A DNA stretch of 553 nt, taken from the sequence record EF517019.1; one strand, given 5' to 3'. The notes below the pieces were generated by a model, which did no database searches, was not told where the DNA came from, and saw nothing but the letters and a program-made list of their open reading frames with translations. The position numbers and the translations under genes were made by a program. Origin of the DNA: a phage. Positions 1 through 553 of this stretch are shown one piece after another (position 1 is the stretch's first letter; every line of letters begins with the position of its first letter).

Positions 1-553
1 GGAACATCTGCGTAGACAATACTGCTAACAGTTACTGGCTTTCTCGTGTATCTAAAACGATTTCGACACTGGAACACTTAAACGGGTTTGATATTCGCTG
101 GAAGCGTCTACTGAACGATGATCGTTGTTTCTACAAAGATGGCTTTATGCTTGATGGGGAACTCATGATCAAGGGCGTAGACTTTAACACAGGGTCCGGC
201 CTATTGCGTACCAAATGGACTGACACGAAGAACCAAGAGTTCCATGAAGAGTTATTCGTTGAACCAATCCGTAAAAAAGATAAAGTTCCTTTTAAGCTGC
301 ACACTGGACACCTTCACATAAAACTGTACGCTATCCTCCCGCTGCACATCGTGGAGTCTGGAGAAAACTGTGATGTCATGACGTTGCTCATGCAGGAACA
401 CGTTAAGAACATGCTGCCTCTGCTACAGGAATACTTTCCTGAAATCGAATGGCAAGCGGCTGAATCTTACGAGGTCTACGATATGGTAGAACTACAGCAA
501 CTGTACGAGCAGAAGCGAGCAGAAGGCCATGAAGGTCTCATTGTGAAAGACCC
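1..553 (+). CDS. 1.3: ATP-dependent DNA ligase, T7 gene 1.3 type; internal fragment, partial at both ends (first full codon at position 3, about residues 41-224 of a roughly 359-aa protein)
   Basis: Seen in sequence: codons from position 3 run 183 triplets to 551 with no stop; + frame 1 stops at TAG 13-15 and + frame 2 at TAA 26-28. Translation begins NICVDNTANSYWLSRVSKTISTLEHLNGFDIRWKRLLNDDRCFYKDGFMLDGELMIKG and ends QQLYEQKRAEGHEGLIVKD. Established knowledge (recalled, not searched): this matches T7 DNA ligase, and the motif residues fall on the published T7 numbering E93, Y149, K222 if codon 1 is N41. Confidence 0.9.
144..167 (+). other. Ligase motif III (FMLDGELM); acidic residue E at 159-161 would be E93 in T7 numbering
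   Basis: Translated peptide F-M-L-D-G-E-L-M in the coding frame; the DGE core is the conserved motif III signature of covalent nucleotidyltransferases (ATP ribose contact). Confidence 0.75.
321..338 (+). other. Ligase motif IIIa region (KLYAIL); aromatic Y at 327-329 would be Y149
   Basis: Translated K-L-Y-A-I-L; position and hydrophobic-aromatic character fit motif IIIa (adenine stacking) at the expected distance between motifs III and IV. Confidence 0.55.
531..548 (+). other. Ligase motif IV (EGLIVK); lysine at 546-548 would be K222
   Basis: Translated E-G-L-I-V-K followed by D-P; EGhhhK is the canonical motif IV of ATP-dependent ligases and capping enzymes. Confidence 0.75.

Noticed and set aside
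1-30. Alternative + strand reading frames
   Set aside because: Frame 1 hits TAG at 13-15 and frame 2 hits TAA at 26-28, whereas frame 3 is open for all 183 codons and gives a recognisable ligase. I did not exhaustively translate the reverse-strand frames, but full occupancy by a conserved + strand gene makes a real antisense gene unlikely.
273-278. A6 homopolymer run (aaaaaa) as a slippery site or programmed frameshift signal
   Set aside because: It simply encodes Lys-Lys in the ligase frame (RKKDK). There is no downstream structure or alternative-frame ORF, since the other + frames are closed.
147-485. Internal in-frame ATG codons (147-149, 165-167, 378-380, 390-392, 411-413, 483-485) as possible start sites
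   Set aside because: All encode internal methionines within a continuous conserved ligase domain. None is preceded by an obvious Shine-Dalgarno sequence, and the frame is open upstream of each.
1-553. A novel or previously undescribed system (defence, anti-defence, toxin or other) in this window
   Set aside because: The entire window is accounted for by one well-characterised phage DNA ligase reading frame with canonical motifs. There is no unexplained intergenic space, no second ORF and no unexplained structured repeat.
1-553. T7-type promoter (taatacgactcactata consensus) or terminator hairpin inside the window
   Set aside because: No match to the conserved T7 promoter core, and no GC-rich inverted repeat followed by a T-run, was seen on reading the sequence. 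The known gene 1.3 promoter and RNase III site would lie upstream of this fragment.

Overview
The whole 553-nt window is an internal fragment of one + strand gene, open at both ends: a bacteriophage T7-type ATP-dependent DNA ligase (T7 gene 1.3 or a very close homologue). Reading from position 3 gives 183 sense codons with no stop, and the other two + frames hit stops within 30 nt. The translation (NICVDNTANSYWLSRVSK...DGFMLDGELMIKG...HIKLYAIL...AEGHEGLIVKD) carries nucleotidyltransferase motifs III, IIIa and IV at the spacing I recall for T7 ligase. If the first codon is residue 41, the motif residues fall on E93, Y149 and K222. The motif I lysine (KYDG) lies just upstream and motif V plus the OB-fold domain lie downstream, both outside the window. 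I see no RNA gene, CRISPR array, mobile element, T7-type promoter or terminator. I find no support for a novel or undescribed system here: this is a well-characterised phage replication enzyme. The identification rests on recalled protein sequence, not a database search.
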